Shown here: positions 1 through 9,025 of the stretch, in pieces | Layout: every line of letters starts with the position of its first letter | Numbering within the stretch: the stretch's first letter is position 1 | DNA from: a virus | Taxonomy: Duplodnaviria > Caudoviricetes | Length of the DNA: 56,382 bases | IMG/VR virus record: IMGVR_UViG_3300049454_000030 | Coordinates: 1-56,382 of that record | Strand: one strand, 5' to 3' | Notes under the pieces: model-generated | The model's input: the letters and a program-made list of their open reading frames with translations, nothing else | Databases searched by the model: none | Told to the model about the DNA's origin: nothing | Made by a program: the position numbers and the translations under genes

Positions 1-26
1 TGGCCATTCGCGTCAGCCGTTCATCG

Positions 27-704
27 GTGGTCAGCGAGACGACCTTCGTCGTAGGCGAACGGGAGCTTGGCGGCATTAACGTCTCCTTCAACACTGCCAT
101 TGCCTGCGGTGGAGGTGCTGTGCAGATAGCTGCGAAACTGGCCGGTTGGGACTGGTGCCTGATTGAAGGCGAAGATCGCGCCTGGATGGCCGATATCATC
201 GACCATGGCGTGCGTCACGGACCCTTTCGGGGTTCCATGCAACCAATGGATGAGCATCGTGGCATAGAAGACATGGGCTGGGGCAAAGTTGCTGAGTTCC
301 TACGCTCCAACGACAATGAAGCTGTCGTCACGCACCATTCCTCTGGAAGCTCGTTTCCGGACAGTGACATTGCTGGCTGGAGTCCAGGTGAGATGCCGAA
401 GGACTGGCACCCTGACTACTTTGTGGGTCCCGAGGACCATGAGTGGGTTACGTATACCGACGAAGATAAGGCAGGTTGCTGGAGCGATCATTCCTATGAC
501 CTATGGGCCGAAAATTCAACAGAGCAGCAGTGGGCCATGGCTCTAGATGGTCTTCGCGTCAAGCGTCCGTGGGCTCAACTGTCGCCCGACCTTCTAGGCT
601 CTGTCTACTTTGGTCCCCCGGTGACCGTCTACGATCTCCTGGCCCCAGATCGGGATGCCCGGGTCGAACGAGCCTTCACTAAGATGATGCCAGGCGCTGC
701 GTGA
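27..704 (+). CDS. hypothetical phage protein
   Basis: 225-aa ORF with natural composition; stop overlaps next start (GTGA). Confidence 0.6.
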   Translation: MVSETTFVVGERELGGINVSFNTAIACGGGAVQIAAKLAGWDWCLIEGEDRAWMADIIDHGVRHGPFRGSMQPMDEHRGIEDMGWGKVAEFLRSNDNEAVVTHHSSGSSFPDSDIAGWSPGEMPKDWHPDYFVGPEDHEWVTYTDEDKAGCWSDHSYDLWAENSTEQQWAMALDGLRVKRPWAQLSPDLLGSVYFGPPVTVYDLLAPDRDARVERAFTKMMPGAA

Positions 705-883
705 ACATCCATCTGACATGGGCCGGTATCTTCCAGTTCATTGGTCAACTGTTCTGTGCTGTACTATGTCTCTGGATAGTTGTCTACACTGTGATTGTCG
801 TCTGGACGTTTGGTGGCGTCGGAGACTGGTGGAACGGCAAGCTACGGCGACAAGAAGAAAGGAGGAAAAAGGGCGATGGGTAG
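701..883 (+). CDS. small membrane protein
   Basis: one hydrophobic helix followed by a basic tail; coupled to both neighbours. Confidence 0.55.
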   Translation: MNIHLTWAGIFQFIGQLFCAVLCLWIVVYTVIVVWTFGGVGDWWNGKLRRQEERRKKGDG

Positions 884-1475
884 GACCTTCTATACGTCAG
901 ACTTGCACTTTGGTCATGAACGGATCATTGAACTGTGTAACCGGCCATTCGACTCCGTCCAGGAGATGAATGAAGAGTTGATCCGTCGCTGGAACGAGAC
1001 CGTAGGCACGGCTGACACCGTCTACATGCTGGGTGACATTGTTATGGGCAAGCTCGACGATAACCTGCCTTTGGTGAGCCGGCTCAATGGCCTCAAGATG
1101 CTGATTCCAGGCAACCATGATCGCGTGTGGCCGGGATACAACCGCAAGGGAGTCCGGGAACAGGACCTGGAGCGGTACTGGGACGCCGGCTTCTTCATGA
1201 TCCTTGATTCACCGTGGAAGCACCGGAATGGCTGGACTCTGTGTCATTTTCCGGATGTTGGTGACAGTCACGAGGAGGATCGTTTTGCGTCCTGGCGGCC
1301 GTCCACACCCCAAGAGAACGAGATCCTGGTTCATGGTCATGTCCACGAGGAGTGGAAGTTTGACGGGAACCGGGTCAATGTCGGCGTGGACGTGTGGGAC
1401 TTTCGACCAGTTCCCGAGAGGGTTATAGAAGACTGGGCCCGGACGAGGGGGTGGAGTCCATGCACTACTCCATAA
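876..1475 (+). CDS. calcineurin-like metallophosphoesterase
   Basis: SDLHFGH, LGD, GNHD, HGHVH and NVGVD motifs; GGAGG RBS upstream of ATG 876. Confidence 0.9.
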   Translation: MGRTFYTSDLHFGHERIIELCNRPFDSVQEMNEELIRRWNETVGTADTVYMLGDIVMGKLDDNLPLVSRLNGLKMLIPGNHDRVWPGYNRKGVREQDLERYWDAGFFMILDSPWKHRNGWTLCHFPDVGDSHEEDRFASWRPSTPQENEILVHGHVHEEWKFDGNRVNVGVDVWDFRPVPERVIEDWARTRGWSPCTTP

Positions 1476-1731
1476 CGCTGCCGTGGTGGGCCTACGGCCT
1501 GCTCCTGTTCATCTTCTGGTTCTCTGGTGCCACCTGGGGCCATGAAGTGCTCGACGAGTTCTTGGACTGGCTCAAGAAGGACAAAGACAACGAGGACGAT
1601 CTGCAGTAATGGACATGATCTAACTGCTCCGTTAGCCTATGTGCGAGGAACCTTTAGCTGTTACAAGTGCCGAAAGATCCGGTATACTGCAGCTGGCCGT
1701 CGATACCGGGCGCGAAAGAAGGTCGAACGGA

Positions 1732-1962
1732 ATGGTTGACCCGAATCCTGCTCGTGGGATGCCGAAGCAGTTACAGGTTTACTGGATCTCAGGACCTGGA
1801 GGACAGCGAATTGTTTGGCGTACCAAGGGTTCCATGCGCAGGTGCATCACCCTTATGACCGAGCACTTCCCCAAGAACCCGGGCGGAATGTGCGCGATCT
1901 TGCACCACAAAGCTACAGGCGAATGGCCTACGGAGCATGGTAAGGCCGGCATCCCGAGCTGA
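1732..1962 (+). CDS. small protein resembling a Cys/His domain of actinophage head proteins
   Basis: YW..G.GG..I.W...G...RC......GMCA.LHH.ATGEWP pattern. Confidence 0.6.
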   Translation: MVDPNPARGMPKQLQVYWISGPGGQRIVWRTKGSMRRCITLMTEHFPKNPGGMCAILHHKATGEWPTEHGKAGIPS

Positions 1963-2091
1963 GAAAATCATACCAAGCTGAGTCTTGACGCAAGTGGCGA
2001 GGGGCACATGGAGAGGCCTCCTTTCTCCAGTCATCCGGTAGACTGGAGACCAGTCTCATCTACCTCTATCGTTAGCTAAGAGATCATCAAC

Positions 2092-2370
2092 TTGACACAC
2101 TCGCACTCGCGGCTTGGCGAGAAGAACGGAGCCGCTACCATGGACCCCTGGAAGGTTTGCGTCATCCGGTCCATGAGCACCATCCTTGGCCTATCCAACC
2201 AGGAGATCGCCAATCGGTTCCTGATGCCGCGCACGACCATCAGGGACGTAGTTCGGCGTAGGTCCTGGAAGCACATCCCGCCGGCTGGAGGCTTCAGTGA
2301 AGGTGACCTGGAAGCTAGCGTCGTCGGATCCCGTTGTGACGCCAGAATGGGTTCTTCAGCAGGAACGTGA
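2092..2370 (+). CDS. HTH protein resembling the C-terminal DNA-binding domain of phage HNH endonucleases
   Basis: GEKNGAA...QEIANRFLMPRTTIRDVVRRRSW resembles the C-terminus of the 17867 HNH protein. Confidence 0.5.
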   Translation: MTHSHSRLGEKNGAATMDPWKVCVIRSMSTILGLSNQEIANRFLMPRTTIRDVVRRRSWKHIPPAGGFSEGDLEASVVGSRCDARMGSSAGT

Positions 2371-2683
2371 CATAGCAGCCTGTTCCGAGCACGCGTGGGT
2401 GTTGAAGCTATATCATCCCGAAGACGACTGCTACGCTGAACTCACCTGCGAGAAGTGTCCAGCCGGCATGGACGATCTGTACCCCGACGGACACTATCTG
2501 ATGTACCTGGAGCTGGGCGATGTCACCATCGAAGAAGGAAGACACAACTCTCCAGTTCCCCTGACAGTTCCAGTCACCGCTCGCGTAGAGAGCTGGTACA
2601 CCTCAACACCTATCAATGGCGAAGAGTGGCACGTCGAACTTGTCATTGAACCAAGAGGCGAAATCACGTACGGAGAGGCCTAG
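2297..2683 (+). CDS. hypothetical protein
   Basis: 128-aa acidic ORF with Cys/His; RBS-like GGAGG upstream. Confidence 0.55.
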   Translation: MKVTWKLASSDPVVTPEWVLQQERDIAACSEHAWVLKLYHPEDDCYAELTCEKCPAGMDDLYPDGHYLMYLELGDVTIEEGRHNSPVPLTVPVTARVESWYTSTPINGEEWHVELVIEPRGEITYGEA

Positions 2684-2688
2684 ACTGC

Positions 2689-3021
2689 ATGGCTCTGGAT
2701 CCCGATTACAAAGACTTCATCTTGACCATTGCCAAGGTGGCTGAAGCCCGGGGCAGTACAGTCAAGGATCAGCTTCTTGGTCTCATGAAAGAACTGGGAG
2801 AGGCCATTGAGGCCTACGAGCTTTGTACCGGAACACATTACCGGAAGCCACAGGCTGGTACCGTAAAAGATGTTGGAGCTGAACTGGGGGACGTTGTCTC
2901 TTCGGCCCTGGTTTGCATGGCCTACCTGGGCCTGGACCTAGACGAGACGCTCCAGCGAGAAGTAAGCAAAGTGAAGAGTAGATTCCCCGACGTATGGGAG
3001 ATGCGCAATGGAACGGCGTAG
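2689..3021 (+). CDS. MazG-like nucleotide pyrophosphohydrolase
   Basis: LMKELGEAIEA...AELGDV all-helical dNTPase motifs. Confidence 0.8.
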   Translation: MALDPDYKDFILTIAKVAEARGSTVKDQLLGLMKELGEAIEAYELCTGTHYRKPQAGTVKDVGAELGDVVSSALVCMAYLGLDLDETLQREVSKVKSRFPDVWEMRNGTA

Positions 3022-3364
3022 AGTCTTGTCCGTGACATCGGCTGACTGTCAGTTGCAGACGTTCACTTCAGGTGGTCCGGGAGGGCAGCACCAAAACCGG
3101 TCGCAAACTGGAGTCCGTTGAATACATCCGCTCTCCGGCGCCCGGGGGGAAGCGCGAGATGAACGCAGCCAGTTGACTAATAAGAAACTTGCCTGGCGCC
3201 GCATGTACGAGTCCAAGGAGTTTCAGCTGTGGTTGCGACGGACTCTAGGTCAGAACGCTGCAGCAGAAGCTGAGTTGAGTCGCTACCCGATTCCTGACCA
3301 TGAGATCCTGATCGAGGTGCGGAGCCAGGGACGTTGGATCAGGGCCGACAGTTTCACAGCGTAA
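3008..3364 (+). CDS. RF-1 domain (GGQ) peptidyl-tRNA hydrolase / release-factor homolog with in-frame TGA at codon 38
   Basis: TFTSGGPGGQHQNRSQTGVR*IHPLSGARGEARDERSQLTNKKLAWRRM; TGA at 3119-3121; frame otherwise intact. Confidence 0.8.
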
Positions 3365-3530
3365 ACTGGCCAGCCTCCACTCCCTTGAGAAAGGCATCCC
3401 ACTCGTCCATTGTGCATAGGACGGTGACGTCAGGTTGCGTAGAGTTGCGGATGCTCATTCCACGATTGGTCATTTGAACTTCAACGCAGGCGCCACTATC
3501 GCAGTACCAGCTCTTGACCCATGTCGACAT
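3354..3530 (-). CDS. DUF397 (BldB/AbaA-like) protein
   Basis: WVKSWYCDSGACVEV...IRNST.P...EWDAFLKGVEAGQF. Confidence 0.85.
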   Translation of the reverse strand: MSTWVKSWYCDSGACVEVQMTNRGMSIRNSTQPDVTVLCTMDEWDAFLKGVEAGQFTL

Positions 3531-3546
3531 CTCCATGGGGGACAGT

Positions 3547-3726
3547 CTACGCTGCATGGTAGTAGCTCTGGTCCATAGGGCCGAGGAAGGTGTTCCACTC
3601 GTCCGTCGTGAACGAGACAATGGTATTGGGCTGTGTGGAATTGCGAATGTTTACGACTCCGTTAATCCTTTGAACTTCCAGACAGGCGTTACTCTCACAG
3701 TAGTTGCTCTTGGTCCATGTCGACAT
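3547..3726 (-). CDS. DUF397 (BldB/AbaA-like) protein
   Basis: WTKSNYCESNACLEV...IRNST.P...FTTDEWNTFL. Confidence 0.85.
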   Translation of the reverse strand: MSTWTKSNYCESNACLEVQRINGVVNIRNSTQPNTIVSFTTDEWNTFLGPMDQSYYHAA

Positions 3727-3741
3727 CTCCATGTTGACAGT

Positions 3742-4014
3742 CTACGCTGCACTGCGCGCCCGAGCCCGGTTAGCTTCCACACAAACTTTGCATCGACATG
3801 AGTAATTGGTGTAGCCGCTAATTCCGTGAGATATGTTGGTGACTTCGTGCTCGAAGCCAGTAGCACGGATCTGGTCACGGGAGGCACGCCAGTATTCACG
3901 GGACTCATATTGTCGGTCCGTGTTGGCCTGTCGACAGATGTTACAGCGACAACGGTAGTTAGTGTATCCACTGTAGCCATGGGTAAAGCTGCTGGACTTG
4001 GTCTTAGGTGGCAC
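3742..4014 (-). CDS. small Zn-binding protein with two HG..GY.NY.CRC..C repeats
   Basis: duplicated HGxSGYTNYxCRCxxC motif. Confidence 0.65.
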   Translation of the reverse strand: MPPKTKSSSFTHGYSGYTNYRCRCNICRQANTDRQYESREYWRASRDQIRATGFEHEVTNISHGISGYTNYSCRCKVCVEANRARARSAA

Positions 4015-4285
4015 TGATATTGGCTCCGGTCCGTAAGGCTCTGATGCGGTCGATTACCCGAGGGTAACGTATGACGAATGCTTTCTTCAACTCGTAGCCA
4101 TATTGTCCTGGAAGCATCTCAAAGTCCGATGCCATACAGATGCCACATCGAACGTCACGTACCTGTATTTCAAAAGTGCAAGCGGCTGGTGCGTCGCACG
4201 TGTAGCACACCGTCCAGACGTTGGGGCCGTGGTCAGTTTCAATGTACTTTCGGCCAGTGCTGTATGTGTACTCGTCGCCAACGGC
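4004..4285 (-). CDS. hypothetical Zn-ribbon protein
   Basis: two CxxC pairs; start position uncertain. Confidence 0.45.
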   Translation of the reverse strand, partial: AVGDEYTYSTGRKYIETDHGPNVWTVCYTCDAPAACTFEIQVRDVRCGICMASDFEMLPGQYGYELKKAFVIRYPRVIDRIRALRTGANISAT

Positions 4286-4307
4286 CATCAATCGTCGCCA
4301 ACGGCCA

Positions 4308-6809
4308 TCAGTCGCGGACCATTCCAAGAACGCCGTACGCAAGATCCTGGCGTACGCCCTGCCACATTGCTATGCCGCCCTTTTTGATAGGCACAAGCCC
4401 CTGCGTGCGAAGCCGATTTGCCCAACGACGTTGTCCCAGCGGCTGTGATTGATTGTTCGCACAGTACTGTTGGAATGCGCCATAGAGAGTTCGAGACTGA
4501 ACTTCACCTTCACTGTCGCGGATGAGTGACCCTTCATCGCCTTGGTCACGGAGCCACCGTGCCACGATGTCTGATTCTGTCCGAAAGGCCATAATGTCCT
4601 GAGTGACGACGTCAGGTTCATTAAGTCCAAGCACGTTGTAGGACATCAAGCCGTCAAGGAGCCAGTTCAGGATACCGTTGGCCTCTTTGGCCAAGATGTT
4701 GGCGTAGCCGGCGATCTCTTCGCGGCCATCTCCGGTGAACATAGTGTTCATGGGAATGGATTTCATCCGGTTCCAGATAGCGTTGTCGTCGCTGGAAACC
4801 TTCGGTAGGTAGTTGGTCGCCAGCCATACCACAGCGGTTGGCTTCCACTCACGGTAATCCTGGTAGTGTCCGCGAGACATGACCAGGTCACCACCCGTGA
4901 ATCGCTTCACGAGATCTTCGTCAAGCTGCTGACCCTCCGGTAGCTCGGAGGTGCTCACGAACCTGGCCCCACGCAACCGGTTCAGGTCCAAGGTTTCAGT
5001 CTGGTTCTTGAGGCGGAACGTGGAGGCCGGTGCCGTGACACCGTAGCCGCCGAACACCTTACTCATCACCGATGTCAACACGGACTTGCCAGTGCCGCTG
5101 GGGCCATGGAACATGAAGATGGCCCGTTGGTCCGCCCGTCCCAGCAATGAGTAACCCAGGCCGCGTTGCACGTAGTCTCGTAGTGACTGATCCGGGAAAG
5201 CGTCTTCCATGAACTGTAGGAACTTGGGGCACTCCGCGTCCTTGTCGTGCTCAGCGCCCATGGTGAGGGTGAGCAGATCCGAGGACCGGTGCTCATACAG
5301 TTCCAGGGTCTCCAGGTCCAAGGTGCCATTGGGCAGGTTCAGTAGGTTCAGGTCTGCGTTGAAGTTGTCCGAGGTGATGGAGATGCCCTCCTCTGCGGCG
5401 AAGCAGCTGATGGCGGCTGTGATCCGACCAATGTTCAAGGCTGAGGTAGCAGTGGCCACTGCCTTCTCACGTAACGTAACCTGCTTCTTGTCGGTACCGT
5501 CGACTTGGGCCAGCCACGCGTGCATTTCCAGCAGCGTACGTTCGGCGCAGGCGACTGCCGCCCGATGGATGGCTTTTCGCTCATCCTTGCGCCATGTGCC
5601 CTCTGTCCACTCATACCAACACTGTTCGTGAGTGTTGTAGCGGAACGTGTCGCCATAGTACTGCTTCATGCGTCGGCCATTACCCGTGTCAGTGAGACCT
5701 AGACCCCCAGGTGAGGGTAAGGAGCCATCCGACTGTACCCGGACATCCGGGTTCCATTCACCCAGGGTCGCGATCGTAGTCGACGGAGCACCGTAGCCCT
5801 GGGCACGTAAGGCAACGGCAGCAGCATGCATGTCATTGTTGTAGTGATAAAACGAGTACACGAAGAATTTGCTCAGTGGACGTTCGGATGGGAGACCGGT
5901 AGACGTGGACCAGACGTAGAGCCGGTCCTTGTCGCCGTGGTACCCGGTGCTGGCCGAGTGTCCATCCCGCGTGTCTTTGCCCGGACGACACCAGAACGTT
6001 TCGCTTCCCAGTCGGTGGCTGAACGTCCACCCTTGACCAGTGAACCACTCCTCGTCCCAATCGTGCTTGGACTCCCACACGTCGCCGGGCCGCATGTCCT
6101 CGCCGGTACGGACGATGATCTCCTGCCGGGGTGTCACGGGAGCTGGCGGTGGGGACTCGTCGAGAGCATCGGCAATGGCGGCATGGATGGCCTGCCGTTG
6201 GGCCCAGGTGATCGTAGGGAAGACACCAGGTCGACCAGCCACCGTGACCCAGGACTCACGGGTCGGGTGGCACTTGCCGCCGGAGGGCGCCACGATCACG
6301 TAGCCGCCTTCACCCCGGGTCTCAGCGAGCGTTTTACCGTCCGCCGTGGAAGCGATCTTGGTGTTGGTCGGTACCTCATGATCGGAGATCCGGTACATGA
6401 GGTGGATTCCGCCGGCCGGAGTCCACTCTGCGTAGCCTTCGTGTTGCAGCGAGTCCCATAACTCGTCGACGCCGCGACTACGGCATGCTTCTTTGATCTT
6501 GTCTAGGGAGTCTGTTGTATAGGCGGCGGCCTCAAGCTCCGTCATCTCCAGATTGCCTGAAACTTTGCCACAGATGGCAGCGACTCCGACCTCCTGTCCT
6601 GGTCGCCACGACCAGGTCACCTCGGCCTGAGGCATGGGGACGTGCTGGAGTCTTGCCCATTCTCGCGTGGGGCGCTTGGTGCCATTGGCCAGGATTGGGA
6701 CAACAGAGACACCACCCTGGTACCAAGGTTCTGCTATGTTACTGTGGTTACCACTATCCCTAGTGGGTAGGGGAGGAGGGGGTAGCACTAGGTCCCCCGG
6801 TAACGTCAT
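4308..6809 (-). CDS. bifunctional primase-polymerase / D5-P4 family SF3 helicase
   Basis: N-terminal prim-pol (TPAGGIHL, ETRGEGGYV); D5_N region (TDTGNGRR, LNLPNGTLDL); Walker A GPSGTGKS; RBS before ATG 6809. Confidence 0.9.
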   Translation of the reverse strand: MTLPGDLVLPPPPLPTRDSGNHSNIAEPWYQGGVSVVPILANGTKRPTREWARLQHVPMPQAEVTWSWRPGQEVGVAAICGKVSGNLEMTELEAAAYTTDSLDKIKEACRSRGVDELWDSLQHEGYAEWTPAGGIHLMYRISDHEVPTNTKIASTADGKTLAETRGEGGYVIVAPSGGKCHPTRESWVTVAGRPGVFPTITWAQRQAIHAAIADALDESPPPAPVTPRQEIIVRTGEDMRPGDVWESKHDWDEEWFTGQGWTFSHRLGSETFWCRPGKDTRDGHSASTGYHGDKDRLYVWSTSTGLPSERPLSKFFVYSFYHYNNDMHAAAVALRAQGYGAPSTTIATLGEWNPDVRVQSDGSLPSPGGLGLTDTGNGRRMKQYYGDTFRYNTHEQCWYEWTEGTWRKDERKAIHRAAVACAERTLLEMHAWLAQVDGTDKKQVTLREKAVATATSALNIGRITAAISCFAAEEGISITSDNFNADLNLLNLPNGTLDLETLELYEHRSSDLLTLTMGAEHDKDAECPKFLQFMEDAFPDQSLRDYVQRGLGYSLLGRADQRAIFMFHGPSGTGKSVLTSVMSKVFGGYGVTAPASTFRLKNQTETLDLNRLRGARFVSTSELPEGQQLDEDLVKRFTGGDLVMSRGHYQDYREWKPTAVVWLATNYLPKVSSDDNAIWNRMKSIPMNTMFTGDGREEIAGYANILAKEANGILNWLLDGLMSYNVLGLNEPDVVTQDIMAFRTESDIVARWLRDQGDEGSLIRDSEGEVQSRTLYGAFQQYCANNQSQPLGQRRWANRLRTQGLVPIKKGGIAMWQGVRQDLAYGVLGMVRD

Positions 6810-7026
6810 GTCGTGTCCCTCTTGACTAAACGGCATGACGTCTGTCATCATCGCTCCCGTTGGGTGTGGGGTTGTGCCTGCACGGGGGGTGCCTTTCCAG
6901 AAGGAGGCACCCCCCACTCTGCAGCAGCCCTGGGTGGTGAAGAGAACTGTAGACCCCCCAGCGATCAACGCGCCAGAGGCAGGACCTGTCAACTTTGGGT
7001 GTTGAGACCTTATTCGATATTTCAGT

Positions 7027-7073
7027 GAGTAATGCCCCCGTCACCTGGCGCTCAGGCGATGGGGGCATTACTC
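7027..7073. terminator. GC-rich hairpin (terminator-like)
   Basis: GAGTAATGCCCCC...GGGGGCATTACTC inverted repeat downstream of the 7087 gene. Confidence 0.55.
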
Positions 7074-7086
7074 GATGAACATGAAT

Positions 7087-7428
7087 CTAGACACTATCGA
7101 GGAGGTCGGCCTCGGTTTCCGGCACGATTATCTTGGTATTCGCCTTGACCCTGACCTTCTTGGTTGGACCTTCCTCAGGTATGTCACATGGCCAATGCCA
7201 TGTGCCAAGGCCCTGAGCGTCTTGATCCTCGGCGGTTCCTCTCTGGAAGAAGAAACCGTCCGGATTGAGAACTGCCAAATCGACAGAGCCCTTTGCGGCC
7301 TTGGCGCCACGTCCCTTGACGATTGGCACCTCTGTAATGGTGGCGGCTCGACATGTAGATGGAAACACTCCGTCGGCACTACCTCTTGAGACATAGTGAA
7401 CTGTCTCTCCAATAAGGGACTTGGCCAT
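7087..7428 (-). CDS. conserved actinophage hypothetical protein
   Basis: IGETVHYVSRGSADG...CRAA.ITEV...VLNP.G.FF...GTWHWP. Confidence 0.7.
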   Translation of the reverse strand: MAKSLIGETVHYVSRGSADGVFPSTCRAATITEVPIVKGRGAKAAKGSVDLAVLNPDGFFFQRGTAEDQDAQGLGTWHWPCDIPEEGPTKKVRVKANTKIIVPETEADLLDSV

Positions 7429-7454
7429 TCTTTTACTTCTCCTGTCGGCTAGTT

Positions 7455-8210
7455 TCAGAAAGGCGGGTCTTGGTTCTGTGGCCATGCGCCACGCTGCTGC
7501 TCCTGAGCAACACGGTTGTCCTGCTGCCGGCGCATGCGCTGCAACACATTGATCTCATCATCGGTCAGTTGAGCTGAACCTTGGACGGCAGCGTAGCCCT
7601 GTCCCTGATTACCCTGAGGCTGCTGCTCCTGGTGCCGTTGATTCTGGTAGCCCTGATCCTGTTGTCCGTAGCCCTGGCCCTGGTTGGAGCCTTGGTTCGA
7701 GTAACCCTGGGCATTTTGATTGTTGCCTTGTTGCTGGTTACCTTGTTGCTGGTTGACTGGCATCTGTTGCTGGTCATCACGAACATTGAACGGGCTCGGC
7801 CGGAAAGTCGGGTTGGCCTGTCCCCAGGCGGTTGCCCGATCCTTCGCTCCCTGATTTTCAAGAAGGTCGATCACGTTCCACGGGGCGTTCATGCCTGGCT
7901 TGCCTACGCCCTTGCCGATGGTGCCTAACACCTTGCGCCCGATCATGGGACGTAAGTTGCCGATAATGGCGCCCATCCAGTTGCAGGTACGGTACACCTT
8001 GCCAGGTGCACCCGACTCGTCCTTGTCATCCAGGTCGACAACATCAACCTGGATAGCATCCGAGAGTTTTCCAGGGACCGTGAACTTGGTCTGGACGAAC
8101 GGGATGTGCCCGAGCACGTAGATTACGAGAAGGTGTCCCTCCAGCTGGCGAGGCTGGACATATTCGCCACCCATCGGGGCAGCTTGGCCCCAGTCATCTT
8201 CAAAGCTCAT
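7455..8210 (-). CDS. probable ssDNA-binding protein
   Basis: beta-rich N-terminal domain, Q/N/G-rich linker, SSB-like DPPF C-terminus; next to exonuclease and primase. Confidence 0.6.
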   Translation of the reverse strand: MSFEDDWGQAAPMGGEYVQPRQLEGHLLVIYVLGHIPFVQTKFTVPGKLSDAIQVDVVDLDDKDESGAPGKVYRTCNWMGAIIGNLRPMIGRKVLGTIGKGVGKPGMNAPWNVIDLLENQGAKDRATAWGQANPTFRPSPFNVRDDQQQMPVNQQQGNQQQGNNQNAQGYSNQGSNQGQGYGQQDQGYQNQRHQEQQPQGNQGQGYAAVQGSAQLTDDEINVLQRMRRQQDNRVAQEQQRGAWPQNQDPPF

Positions 8211-8213
8211 TGC

Positions 8214-8426
8214 TTACTCCCCTTGCTGGAACTGTGACACTGCGACTGGCGCCGGCTCCTTCGCGACCGGCTCATCCTGAGTGACCTGAGTCAATGCGTA
8301 CTGTCGCGCGGATAGTGAAGCCATCTCCGCCTCGGCCTCGTTGACCTGCTCCTGCCACCGGGCGATGGCAGCTAAGCCCTTGGTGCGCTTCTTGATGGCT
8401 GCTTCCATCTGGTCATGCCAGTTCAT
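8214..8426 (-). CDS. small coiled-coil protein
   Basis: helical ORF coupled in operon. Confidence 0.6.
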   Translation of the reverse strand: MNWHDQMEAAIKKRTKGLAAIARWQEQVNEAEAEMASLSARQYALTQVTQDEPVAKEPAPVAVSQFQQGE

Positions 8427-8680
8427 GCGTTCTCCTCCATTGGCTGGGATTCTGGTGTCTTGGTGAAATTCATCGCCTGCCAGGCTCGGACGGTGTCGGC
8501 CGTCTGGTGAATAAGATCCAGGTGCCGGTCCGGTGAACCTGCCGCTTTGCAGAGAATCCGGTACATCTTGAGCAAGTCAGGTAGGAGCCTGTCCTGCGCC
8601 CGGAAAACTACGACTGGCTCATCTTCGCCAATCGTCGAATGCTCCAGGGTTACGCGGCCATACTTTCTGTCAATAGCCAT
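8423..8680 (-). CDS. conserved phage hypothetical protein
   Basis: DEPVVVFRAQD motif; operon coupling. Confidence 0.65.
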   Translation of the reverse strand: MAIDRKYGRVTLEHSTIGEDEPVVVFRAQDRLLPDLLKMYRILCKAAGSPDRHLDLIHQTADTVRAWQAMNFTKTPESQPMEENA

Positions 8681-8683
8681 TAC

Positions 8684-9001
8684 TCAACTCCCTTGCGCCT
8701 GCGCCATTTTGGCAATTGTTTCTGGGTCATCGGTCCGGTGCCGTGGGGCATCCGGGTCACCTTCACCGTGTTGCCCACGCCAGATTCCGAAGTCGCTGGC
8801 CAGTTGCTTGAGGTCGGCAACATACTCTGGATCCATGCACAGCTTCTCGCACCGTTGGGCGTAGGCGAAGAGAGCGGCCGGAGCCGCTGGATCGGAGGCG
8901 GCAATCACGAAGTAGGGCCATTGGGGGATAGTGCCATCGCGACGAGTAACTAGATATTTTCCTTCGCGGGTATTCTCAGTATTGCGCCAGAGGCGGGCCA
9001 T
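8684..9001 (-). CDS. conserved phage hypothetical protein
   Basis: GKYLVTRRDG...YFVI...DPAAPAAL.AYA; AGGAG RBS. Confidence 0.65.
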   Translation of the reverse strand: MARLWRNTENTREGKYLVTRRDGTIPQWPYFVIAASDPAAPAALFAYAQRCEKLCMDPEYVADLKQLASDFGIWRGQHGEGDPDAPRHRTDDPETIAKMAQAQGS

Positions 9002-9025
9002 GTTGCTCCTTTTTTGAGGGCTACT

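Noticed and set aside
3008-3364. Genome-wide TGA recoding
   Set aside because: Many genes end at TGA with normal coupling and Trp is encoded by TGG throughout; the internal TGA is isolated
7580-7770. Hydrophobic plus-strand ORF 7581-7928 that looks like a membrane protein
   Set aside because: It is the antisense shadow of the Gln-rich linker of the SSB-like gene
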